From Schmidtea polychroa (Eukaryota): DNA of 64,000 nt. Below are positions 29,401-37,614 of this stretch, piece after piece. The number at the start of each line of letters is the position of its first letter. Position 1 is the stretch's first letter. The stretch is from the NCBI GenBank assembly GCA_044892525.1, contig CM097885.1, positions 19,160,001 to 19,224,000 on the forward strand. Reading direction: 5' to 3'. The position numbers and the translations under genes are program-made. The notes below the pieces were generated by a model that worked only from the letters and a program-made list of their open reading frames with translations, made no database searches and had not been told where the DNA came from.

Positions 29401-30886
29401 ATTTGGATATGTTGTAGAATGTGATCTTGAATATCCCAATGAAATAAAATCCAGAACTAGATATTTTCCATTTGCTCCTGTAAGAAGAAAGATCTCTCCT
29501 GAAGAACTATCAGATTGGCAGATTGCTCAGAATAGAACACCATGTATAAAACTTTTATGTGATCAAACAGATAAAACTGATTATCTTTGTCATTATAGAC
29601 TCCTCCAGCTTTATCTCTCACATGGAATGGTTTTAAAAAAAGTACATTCTATAATTAAATTCCGACAAGCTCCTTTTATGAAAAAATTCATCGAGGGAAA
29701 TATCTTAAAAAGAAATGCAGCAAAGAGAGCTGGAAATGCTTTTCTTGATATGATTTATAAACTTTTAAACAATGCAGTCTTTGGAAAGACAATGGAGAAT
29801 ATTGATAAATATACTCGTGTAGAGCTCTTAACCAATACAACAAAAGATCTTAATAAATATAATCGAATAATTGGAAAGCCTACATTTAAAAATGCAGAGA
29901 TATTCTCTAGTAACCTTATAGCTATAGAGATTAAAAACTCTGTAAAAACTTATAATAAACCAATCTTTATAGGTTTTTCAATTTTAGAACTTTCAAAGCT
30001 TCAAATGTATGAGACCTACTATGATGTTCTAGTACCCCATTTTGGAGATCGAATATCCATGCATGCTATGGACACTGATAGTATGTTTTTAAAAGGTCAT
30101 AGTAAAGATTTAAAAAAGGAAATAAGTGAAAACGAAACCTTAAATAAATTAATAAACAACTCTGGAGAATTATTTACTTTTAAAGATGAAAAACCAAATA
30201 CTCCAATAAGTGGAGGAGTGTTTATTAGACCTAAACAATATTCTCTTGAAATGAAAGACAAACCAATTATGAAAGAGCATACAATAAAATTTATAATAGG
30301 GGAGGGAGAAGGATCTGTTGAAATAGATCACACATTTGAATATCCTTCATTCCCTGAAAACCCGAAAAGCTATAAAGAAAATAAAAGTAAAGGAATTCAA
30401 AAATCAGTGTCAAAAACCTTCACACATCAAGAGTATAAAGATTCATTAAATATAAATTATAAAAATAAAATTGCTAAAACCCATCATCTTAAATCAGAGA
30501 AACATAATATATATCTTGAAGAGTGTAACAAGATTGCTATAACAAATTATGATGATAAAAGATTTATACTTTCTGACTTGAAGACAACATTACCTATTGG
30601 AAATGATTTAATCCCTATAATAAAAAATCTTGATAAAATAAATGAAATTTATAACCTAGAGATTACAGACCTTCAACTTGCTAAAGTAGAAATCCAATAT
30701 CCTGAAATATTAATTCCTAAACCTTTATATAATCAAGTTCAAAATATAAAACCTATAGAACTTAAATATTTTAATACTGATCCTGAATATATCCAAGGAC
30801 TAACACCAGAAGACTTTAAATCACATAAATTAATGTTAAAAAGCATTACTGCAGAAATAATTATAAATCAATTACGACTGGTCTAA
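26492..30886 (+). CDS. pPolB: Protein-primed family B DNA polymerase with N-terminal zinc fingers and an endonuclease-VII-like insert
   Basis: Exonuclease motifs YCDFEA, HNLFGYD, YLSLDV; polymerase motifs YIDATALY, KLLNNAVFGK, MDTDS, FKDE, RPKQY, KGI; CWMC...DHDH...YRGAAHKKCN (EndoVII-like); CEIC..HKKSKDH and CSAC..HIEDC zinc fingers. Confidence 0.96.
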   Translation: MEAIFNCEICEKNFKNKTALTSHKKSKDHLIKANTLDDTNSKICSKCKDRYLFSGYKKHFKNCIGVPKNREIFECSACGKKMKIKSFYLRHIEDCGLEAKDSDSNSMTEKAEKLEFNWDNFNHTDVIVEVKRGPRSIMQYIRENKKKIISSMDDAIKKFGRSRFNVIKVKFTGNAKYWRGDDSIAMPLDVKIETSYKYLFSTKAGNKLVNDIAKELEEKQEQVEQELGESNLRFHSFQNIEIEYWRGAPPNPKSFIHTPFTSNHVINVQNKDNKCFQWSILAHLHPQATNPQRVQKYEEYESELIYPKDFSHPMKIEDVPAFEKLNNLKINIYQFIPTKITKTRKNKNYKHIIPIYISNMEISDEKREVDLLILEEGKPDEDFDGEEYGEEVQSVHPRREAEEGISLEPEAESTASGGTMLDKKLHYILIKNFQSFMKGNTLIRGGICCKRCLYHSSSKLAAIKHERLCCKNQPALIKMPHKKNANMRFKNYSNLLEALGVVYCDFEAINVKLRRTKTNTVKLTKQLPSAYKMFFKSNYPELVESREYSFRGTSDKETLDHFVKTLNNLEHELYIILKSNFPMNFSEEQEEEYKNATHCWMCKQEFDIQEEEDEKPKVADHDHFKRENNYRGAAHKKCNLNCKKPTHIPFIFHNLFGYDIHLFIKHLAANAKNSFKVIGLTKEKYKSIQYGCFKFLDSLNFLGMSLDGIAKTMNPEDFKYTKEHVLLKNNIPLEEYNTCLAKGIYPYDYIDSFEKYNELLPPQEDFFSVLTQSGISDQEYSRAVKMWNLFNCRNLGEYTDMYLSLDVYILADCFETFSKAFELKPYNYITAPSLAWDILLYTIWTDEDVAVRNKTIELLVELDMFNVYKHNIRGGISSVQGNREINANNFTTLYPKFFKDPDALYVEITNPEDRKEIMEGLSNPSEIMYIDATALYAGVMTQYLPIGKFTWKEPTEELIQEILKTPKDSQFGYVVECDLEYPNEIKSRTRYFPFAPVRRKISPEELSDWQIAQNRTPCIKLLCDQTDKTDYLCHYRLLQLYLSHGMVLKKVHSIIKFRQAPFMKKFIEGNILKRNAAKRAGNAFLDMIYKLLNNAVFGKTMENIDKYTRVELLTNTTKDLNKYNRIIGKPTFKNAEIFSSNLIAIEIKNSVKTYNKPIFIGFSILELSKLQMYETYYDVLVPHFGDRISMHAMDTDSMFLKGHSKDLKKEISENETLNKLINNSGELFTFKDEKPNTPISGGVFIRPKQYSLEMKDKPIMKEHTIKFIIGEGEGSVEIDHTFEYPSFPENPKSYKENKSKGIQKSVSKTFTHQEYKDSLNINYKNKIAKTHHLKSEKHNIYLEECNKIAITNYDDKRFILSDLKTTLPIGNDLIPIIKNLDKINEIYNLEITDLQLAKVEIQYPEILIPKPLYNQVQNIKPIELKYFNTDPEYIQGLTPEDFKSHKLMLKSITAEIIINQLRLV

Positions 30887-30910
30887 GAATTAGAATTTTA
30901 ACACTATAAA

Positions 30911-31465
30911 ATGATGGAAACTAAAAATCAAGAAAATAACATTTTTGAAATTATAAAAAATATTACTAATTTAAAGGATAACAGATGTAAAGGAATACAG
31001 AGAGTGGTTGCAAAGAATCTTTCTCATCAAGATTATATAGATACATTGAATCCAAATCATAAAGATAAAATTGATGAAATACATCAACTTAAAAGTGAAA
31101 ACCATGATATTCACTTGATAGAATCTCAAAAAATATCATTATCAAATTATGATGATAAGAGATTCATACTAAGTGATTTAATGACAACTCTACCTATTGG
31201 AAATAATTTAATCCCTATAATAAAAAATCTAGAAAAGTTGAATAAGTTATATGATACAAAGATTACTGATCTTGATATTTATAATGTTGAAATTATTTAT
31301 CCCGAGAGAGAAATCGAGAAACCTTTATATTCTCAAGTTTTTAATCCTATATGTTTAGAACTTAAATATTTTAATACTGATCCTGAATATATAAAAGGTC
31401 TAAGTGATAAAGAATTTAAAGATCATAAATTAATGATTCATAGGTTGGCTTTCAACCATAACTGA
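30911..31465 (+). CDS. Stand-alone paralogue of the pPolB C-terminal region
   Basis: Gap-free alignment to the pPolB C-terminus over about 155 aa (about 62% identity by manual count), e.g. NYDDKRFILSDL, TTLPIGN, ELKYFNTDPEYI; own ATG and open frame. Confidence 0.85.
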   Translation: MMETKNQENNIFEIIKNITNLKDNRCKGIQRVVAKNLSHQDYIDTLNPNHKDKIDEIHQLKSENHDIHLIESQKISLSNYDDKRFILSDLMTTLPIGNNLIPIIKNLEKLNKLYDTKITDLDIYNVEIIYPEREIEKPLYSQVFNPICLELKYFNTDPEYIKGLSDKEFKDHKLMIHRLAFNHN

Positions 31466-31559
31466 AACCAACGATATTTAATTTTTTAATAATAAAATGT
31501 CGACAATTAATTTAAGCAACTATAGCAACCTGATCTACTTTTTTAAAAATACACCCATT

Positions 31560-32171
31560 TTATAAGTAAGAATTCTTTAACCATTTTTCTCCAGATGTTT
31601 TTTTATTACTTATAACATTAGCCACCATGCCCTCCCTTTTTAATCTTATAACCTCATTCTTTATATCTTGTATTATTTGATTTGATTTCATTATTTCTTC
31701 GTCTGTCAGGATTCCATCTTCCAAAGCTTTTAATTGAAATAAAAATAATTTAGAGATTCCTAATTCTATTGATAAACAAACTTCTCTATATAAACTTTTC
31801 TTTTTAGAAGTATTAGATAATGAAACTATTTCAGTTAAGAAACCATCAGCCACAGAAATACTTCCAAGTATTACAGGTGCAAGAGTAACAACTGGTAAAG
31901 TTATGGGTAAAATAACTGTTAATATTGCAGATGCAAATCCTAAAGAATAACCTATAACTTTTAAAACTGTATTCCCTTTATTCCATCTATTTTTAATTTT
32001 TTTATAATGCTTTAATAAATCTTGTAAATGTAAGGTTTCTGATTTAAATTCTTTTACTCTCATAATTTCAAGTTCTGTGGGAGCCGAGGCCTTGGAACCT
32101 TTGTGACCTTCGGAATAATATCCTGATGATCTCAATTCTGGGTAAATTTTTTCTTCTCTTACTTCTTCCAT
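31560..32171 (-). CDS. Maverick membrane protein (hydrophobic hairpin)
   Basis: Hydrophobic stretch VLKVIGYSLGFASAILTVILPITLPVVTLAPVILGSISV between helical regions; N-terminal IYPEL and ASAP motifs. Confidence 0.75.
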   Translation of the reverse strand: MEEVREEKIYPELRSSGYYSEGHKGSKASAPTELEIMRVKEFKSETLHLQDLLKHYKKIKNRWNKGNTVLKVIGYSLGFASAILTVILPITLPVVTLAPVILGSISVADGFLTEIVSLSNTSKKKSLYREVCLSIELGISKLFLFQLKALEDGILTDEEIMKSNQIIQDIKNEVIRLKREGMVANVISNKKTSGEKWLKNSYL

Positions 32172-32179
32172 TTTAATAA

Positions 32180-33190
32180 TTAAAAAAATAAGACTTTATT
32201 CTTCTGAGCACCATCTGGTACCAATACTCGGATATCAAAAGAAACTCTTGTTGAGAGGATGTCTTTATACAATTCTCTCAATGCTTTACGAACTTCATCA
32301 ACATCAACCTTTTTTCCATAAAATATTAAATCTATATATTGTACAAGTGAACTAGAAAAATGAATATTCTTACTTTTAACTTTATGTAGTCCATGTGAAT
32401 GAGTATTAACATACCAATCTCCGTGTGGTAAATCATAACTAGTCATTATAACATCACCCTTTTCAAGCTTACTATTATAATCACATTTCACAAACCATTT
32501 CATTCTTTCATTATCATCATCAAACAAAAAGAAATAAGGATCAATAATTTTTACAACCATAAAAACACCCCATTCTTTACTGTTTGTTGTTATTAAACTT
32601 GGTTCTATAAAATGTTTATATGTATGGGGTAATAATGTTTTATTCTGTTCTAATTCAGCAGCTCTTTTTCTAATACTATGTGTGGTGTTAATGTGTGTTC
32701 CATGAGACTCTAAATTTGAAATTCTTTTATTAAATGATGTAATCATCTCATTTATTATATTATATATTGCATTAAATTTAGTATTCATAATTTGTTTATC
32801 TTTAGAATTTAATATAGCAGTATTTAACTTTACAACTTGTTCAGTTAACAGACTTTGTAACTTGTCAAATTTATCATTAAATCGTTGTTCGATATTATTA
32901 AGCTTTGATTCCATTGAATCAATTTTTGTTGTTAATGAACTTTCAATTCTTGTTGTTGTTAAATCAGTATATTTTTTAACACCACCTACATATTTCTTAT
33001 TAACTGCATCAGCTTCATCAGTTGGAAAAGATAATTCTTTTATCTTGTGTCCATTTAAAATTAAATCACCCTTCATTGAATCACCTCTTTCATTAATATA
33101 TTTATTTTCTGTTAAAGTTAATATTTCTTCTGTATTAAACCCTGTTTTTATTGTTCCACCACCTCTATTACATGGAATATAAGAACTCAT
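32180..33190 (-). CDS. Fibre-like structural protein
   Basis: GDSMKGDLILNGHKIKELSFPTDEADAVNKKYV resembles viral tail-fibre/trimeric stalk motifs, followed by heptad coiled coil and a C-terminal globular region. Confidence 0.65.
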   Translation of the reverse strand: MSSYIPCNRGGGTIKTGFNTEEILTLTENKYINERGDSMKGDLILNGHKIKELSFPTDEADAVNKKYVGGVKKYTDLTTTRIESSLTTKIDSMESKLNNIEQRFNDKFDKLQSLLTEQVVKLNTAILNSKDKQIMNTKFNAIYNIINEMITSFNKRISNLESHGTHINTTHSIRKRAAELEQNKTLLPHTYKHFIEPSLITTNSKEWGVFMVVKIIDPYFFLFDDDNERMKWFVKCDYNSKLEKGDVIMTSYDLPHGDWYVNTHSHGLHKVKSKNIHFSSSLVQYIDLIFYGKKVDVDEVRKALRELYKDILSTRVSFDIRVLVPDGAQKNKVLFF

Positions 33191-33214
33191 TTATTAATAA
33201 TTTAAAATGAATCT

Positions 33215-33979
33215 TCAAACCTGTTTCAAATGTAAATACATTGAAATCTCTTCTCCATTAAAATCAATCAATTCTCCTTCTTGATTAAGAATTTTAAAAT
33301 TAATATCCATTATATATTTTCTACATAAAGGTAAATAATTTGGAGTATTCATTCTTTCAACTATTTTATATCCCATAGGAACTGTGTTTGAGGGAAAGGA
33401 ATATAAAACATTTGTTTGTTTACCATTATTATAAGAACCTGTTATACAATCGCAATGAATATTTATTGTGTTTGTATTTATAATTTTTATAATATGTTCT
33501 GATGTTATTATTTTATCTTCTTTTATTGTTATATCCATAGGTTTAAATCCTAAAACTGTGTGAAAGAAACAATTATCTAAAAAACTAATTTTTATATTCT
33601 TCAAAGTCATTACACATTTTGAAGTTGGTATATCCATTTTAATTTTAATACCTTCATTTGTTTTTTTAGAAAGTATATCATTTAAATCTTTTATCTCATA
33701 TGCCCCAGGTTCTATTGTTATAATTTCTGGTTTATGCCCATCACGAGTTTGAATAGTAAATTTATTATTATCTTTAGTTATATTAAAAATAGTATTATAA
33801 GCACAAAACCATAATAGCCCCAATTCATAATTTAAATTTTGATCTAATTTAATTGAATCTTGAAAGTTTATAGTAAAGTCTGATTCTTTTGAATTTATAG
33901 ATAAAGTTCTTGAATATTTATCTGACATTATGTTTACCATTTTTTTTAAATTATCTTCCGGAGGGTTGTGAAGCTCCAT
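33215..33979 (-). CDS. Minor capsid protein (penton, single jelly roll)
   Basis: DFTINFQDSIKL..YELGL..YNTIFNIT, IEPGAYEIKDLN, INIHCDCITGSYNNG...VLYSFP, NQEGELIDFNGE: Polinton/adintovirus penton pattern. Confidence 0.88.
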   Translation of the reverse strand: MELHNPPEDNLKKMVNIMSDKYSRTLSINSKESDFTINFQDSIKLDQNLNYELGLLWFCAYNTIFNITKDNNKFTIQTRDGHKPEIITIEPGAYEIKDLNDILSKKTNEGIKIKMDIPTSKCVMTLKNIKISFLDNCFFHTVLGFKPMDITIKEDKIITSEHIIKIINTNTINIHCDCITGSYNNGKQTNVLYSFPSNTVPMGYKIVERMNTPNYLPLCRKYIMDINFKILNQEGELIDFNGEEISMYLHLKQV

Positions 33980-34027
33980 TTCTTTAGTAGTAAATTCATA
34001 TAGTAAAAATCCTTATAGTAAAAATCC

Positions 34028-34492
34028 TTATAGTAGAGATTCTAGATCATTATAAATTTCTTGAATTATAGATTCAAAATCCTGCGTATGCCCCTTTCCC
34101 TCTCCCTTATTCAATCTATACAAAACATATAAACTTAAAATACCACATATTTTAGTATTCAAAGGTTGAACTTGTAAAGAGTTAAAAGTATAACCATTTG
34201 GGGAATCAATCGGAGAACCCTTCAAGAGATAATCTTCAACTTCTTTAGTAGGTTTAATCCCAAAAGAATCAAAGTAGATAGATTTCTTATATATACAAAC
34301 CCAATGAGATCCTTTTTCATTTGAATTTTGATAATTGATTATTATATTCAGGGGACTCTCCAGACTTGATAATTCATCATTCATTAATATTTTAATTTTT
34401 AAATTTAAATAATTTGCATAATCTTTTAAATCAAAATTTGTTTTTGCATTTATTCCAAATGTTTTTAAAAAATCTAATATTGAAGGAGTCAT
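34028..34492 (-). CDS. Adenain-like cysteine protease
   Basis: GSHWV (His), YFDSFG (Asp), QVQPLNTKICG (oxyanion Gln and catalytic Cys). Confidence 0.93.
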   Translation of the reverse strand: MTPSILDFLKTFGINAKTNFDLKDYANYLNLKIKILMNDELSSLESPLNIIINYQNSNEKGSHWVCIYKKSIYFDSFGIKPTKEVEDYLLKGSPIDSPNGYTFNSLQVQPLNTKICGILSLYVLYRLNKGEGKGHTQDFESIIQEIYNDLESLL

Positions 34493-34514
34493 TTTGTATT
34501 TTAAAACTTCGTAT

Positions 34515-35357
34515 TTATAACTTCGTATACTTATTAAATTTATCTTTTGAAATTATTCCTTGTTTTAACAAATCTTTAGAAATCTTTAAAATATCAGAAT
34601 CTAAATTATTATGTCCTGCTTTCCTTGCAGCTAATAGTTTTCTTAATTCAATAAAAAGATTGATGGGATTTGGTTTACCACCTTCACTAATTAATCCCTC
34701 TCCCTCTGTAACAACATAACCCTTTTCATTTTTATTTAAATAATTCTTTAAATCTTGAATATATTTTGCTTTAGAACTAGCTCTTATTAATTTTATTAAA
34801 TTTAAATATTTTTTAATTTCTTCAACATCATCTGAAGAATATCCACAAAGTAATCTATAAAAATCATCTGTAAATTCAAAGTCTAAATATTCATTATTAT
34901 AAACATTTTGTGAATGAATACGTGATTTATTTTCTGAATTTGAACAGAATTTGGACAGAGTCCCCTGAGACTTTTGACCTTCAGACAGAGTCCCCTCATA
35001 TGGATTAAGATAGAGGCCTTTTCCAACGGACACTCCCCCTTTAGCTTGCCCTACCTTCTTCATTGAATCGATTTCAGTTTGTAGTTTTTCTTTTTCTAGG
35101 TCTGTCTTTTGAGATTCTTTAGCTTTTTGAACTGTAGTTGCAATTCCTCCAGCTATTCCAGCAGCACCTGATAAACCAGCAATGATTGCAGGTATTAAAG
35201 CAGCTAATGGAAGAATGCCACCTTCTTTAGCTTTGTGGAGCTTCGCTCTAACTTGTTCTTTTACATGTTTTTCAATAAAATATTTTTTACCATCAATTAC
35301 AACTGATTTATTTTTATTTGAATTTATTAATTCTTGCAAAGATTCTTCAGTTGTCAT
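34515..35357 (-). CDS. Core/membrane-lytic precursor protein (adenovirus pX-like segment)
   Basis: KEGG|ILPLAALIPAIIAGLSGAAGIAGGIATTV resembles the GG-cleaved amphipathic pX-type peptide; further GxG|L sites (GKGLYL, GEGLIS); C-terminal ELRKLLAARKAGHNN..DLLKQGII resembles a recurrent Maverick domain. Confidence 0.75.
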   Translation of the reverse strand: MTTEESLQELINSNKNKSVVIDGKKYFIEKHVKEQVRAKLHKAKEGGILPLAALIPAIIAGLSGAAGIAGGIATTVQKAKESQKTDLEKEKLQTEIDSMKKVGQAKGGVSVGKGLYLNPYEGTLSEGQKSQGTLSKFCSNSENKSRIHSQNVYNNEYLDFEFTDDFYRLLCGYSSDDVEEIKKYLNLIKLIRASSKAKYIQDLKNYLNKNEKGYVVTEGEGLISEGGKPNPINLFIELRKLLAARKAGHNNLDSDILKISKDLLKQGIISKDKFNKYTKL

Positions 35358-35372
35358 TTTATAATAAACAAA

Positions 35373-36164
35373 ATGGATATTTGGAAACCAATTTTAAATA
35401 GACATAAGAGTAAATTTAATAATAAAGTATTTCCTGATAATTTTAGATTATTAATTGTTGGTTCTTCTGGATGTGGAAAGAATGTACTTGTTTTGAGAAT
35501 GTTACTTGAAGATGATTTTTTAGATTATAATAATTTAATCTTTTATTCTACAACCATAAATCAACCAGAATTACAACTTTTGAAATGTGGATTTGAAAAT
35601 AAATTAACTAAAAAAGCAATAATTGATATTTTTAAAAATCAACATAGGTGTCCTGAAGAAGTTTTTCAACCTTGTGATATGGTTGATTGGTATAAGGAAA
35701 AGATTTTAGAATCAGATATTAGTAATAAAAATGATTATATTTGTGAAGAAGGGCAGGAGGCAATTCAAGTTTTATTCTCTAATAAACCTGAAGATGTTTT
35801 ACATTGTGATTTACTTCCTAAAGATAAAAAGAATCTAGTTATATTTGATGATGTTGTCAACATGAAAAATCAAGAGATTCAAAAGAGTTACTTTACACGA
35901 GGTCGACATAATAATTGTAATGTTATTTATATATCTCAAACATATTATGCTTTAGATAAAAATTCAATAAGAAATAATTCCAATTGTTTTATATTTTTTA
36001 AATTAGATCGCCGTGATAAGAATATGATTTATAATGATTTATTTTCAAATGTTGAACCTGATAAGAATATGTTTGATATGTTTGTTGATAATCATTGGAA
36101 AGAAAAATATAATTATATTTATTTGGATAGAGAAGAAGCTGAAATATGGAAAAGTTTGTTTTAG
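35373..36164 (+). CDS. FtsK/A32-like genome-packaging ATPase
   Basis: Walker A GSSGCGK(N), Walker B LVIFDD, arginine-finger region TRGRH, ISQ and IRNN motifs; start moved to the ATG at 35373. Confidence 0.92.
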   Translation: MDIWKPILNRHKSKFNNKVFPDNFRLLIVGSSGCGKNVLVLRMLLEDDFLDYNNLIFYSTTINQPELQLLKCGFENKLTKKAIIDIFKNQHRCPEEVFQPCDMVDWYKEKILESDISNKNDYICEEGQEAIQVLFSNKPEDVLHCDLLPKDKKNLVIFDDVVNMKNQEIQKSYFTRGRHNNCNVIYISQTYYALDKNSIRNNSNCFIFFKLDRRDKNMIYNDLFSNVEPDKNMFDMFVDNHWKEKYNYIYLDREEAEIWKSLF

Positions 36165-36175
36165 GGCTTGTCGAC

Positions 36176-37585
36176 TTAAAAATCTGTTTTCTGTAGTTCA
36201 TTATTATAAAATCTACCTAATATTTTTTCATTATGTAAATCAAAGATGGTATATGTTATTGGAGTTGTATAATGTATTTTATTTATAATAAAAATTTCAT
36301 TTGTCCATTTTGCTGTGAATCCTTTTTCAAATTTATTTTTATATTTAAATATTCTTACTCGGTCACCAATTTTAAACTTTGGTTTTTCAATAACATCATT
36401 TTCAATATTTACCACTTTAATGGTTTCAGGCTTCATGGAATCATTTAAAGGTGTTAATTTTATAGAACTATGTACATCATTATTATATTCATTTACAATC
36501 TTTTGTAACAATTCATTGTTCCATTTTTGTTTTCCAATAGCAGTAAAATATTTCCACATTTTATTTTTTAATGTTCTATTTAATCTTTCAACTACGACTG
36601 CTTTTCCTTCGTTTTCTGTTGAATATAATTTAATATCATTTTCATTTAAAAACTTTGTAAAAACTTTGTTATAAAATTCTGTTCCTTTATCACACCATAA
36701 ATATTTTGGGATTCTTTGATTTTCTTCAAATATATTTTCAAATGCTTCTGTAATAGAATATCCTGTTTTATTTTCTTAACATCTTGCAAAAGCAAATCTT
36801 GTATATAAATCTATTACAGTTAAAATTATTTTATATTTTTCAGGGTCTGATGATTTGGGCATAAAGACTAAATCTGCAGACCATGTTTGATCTTTTTCAT
36901 GCACTTGAACTTTTAAATATTTTTTATTTTTTCTAAATTCATGGTGTAATTCCTTTGCATATTTTATTTCTGATTCTGTTGGGGTTTGTAAACTAGTCTT
37001 GGCTGTACTCTCGAGGGATCTTTCAATCTCTGCTTGTTCGATAATCTTTTTATAAGCAACATCTTTTGCTTTCCTAGGAAGTCTTGCACCCATGGTGATC
37101 GGACTGTGTCCTAAGCCTATGAAAATCTTACCTTTCATTGCTAATTTAACTAGAGCTCTTTGAATCTTTTCTTGGGTTGATGGATTTTGGATACTATTTA
37201 AATCATGTATTAAATTCACATCTGCAACATGTCTATCTCTAAGATTTGTTGAATTGTTTGCAATGTCATGTTTTAAAGCTGCTTGATCAATTCTATTTAT
37301 TGGTTCTTCTCCTTGTTTGGGATTATTATTTTCATCTAATCTAATATCTAGACGTGTTCCTGGTCCAGTGTAGTTGTGTTTAAATAAATGTCTTTCACCT
37401 GGATATTTTTCTATAGTAAAAGGTTTTAATATTGAAGATGTTGTTTTTGAAGATTGCAAATCGACTCCAGCTCGTGGAATTAGATCACCTCCTGTATGTT
37501 TTTTAGTTTTTAAATGACTTGCTTTATGATGTCTTGTAACTTGACAATTACAACTTTCACATCTCCAATATTTATTTAGAGACAT
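36176..37585 (-). pseudogene. Zinc finger + parvovirus-type phospholipase A2 + retroviral-like (rve) integrase fusion, one premature stop
   Basis: One reading frame 37585 to 36176 interrupted only by TAA at 36778-36776; CESC..HLKTKKH finger; HNYTGPGT...DQAALKHDIA...D PLA2 motifs; integrase DDE triad WSADL / WCDKGTEF / VERLNRT. Confidence 0.9.
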
Positions 37586-37614
37586 TTTAAAATGTTAAAA
37601 TATCAGGGATTATA

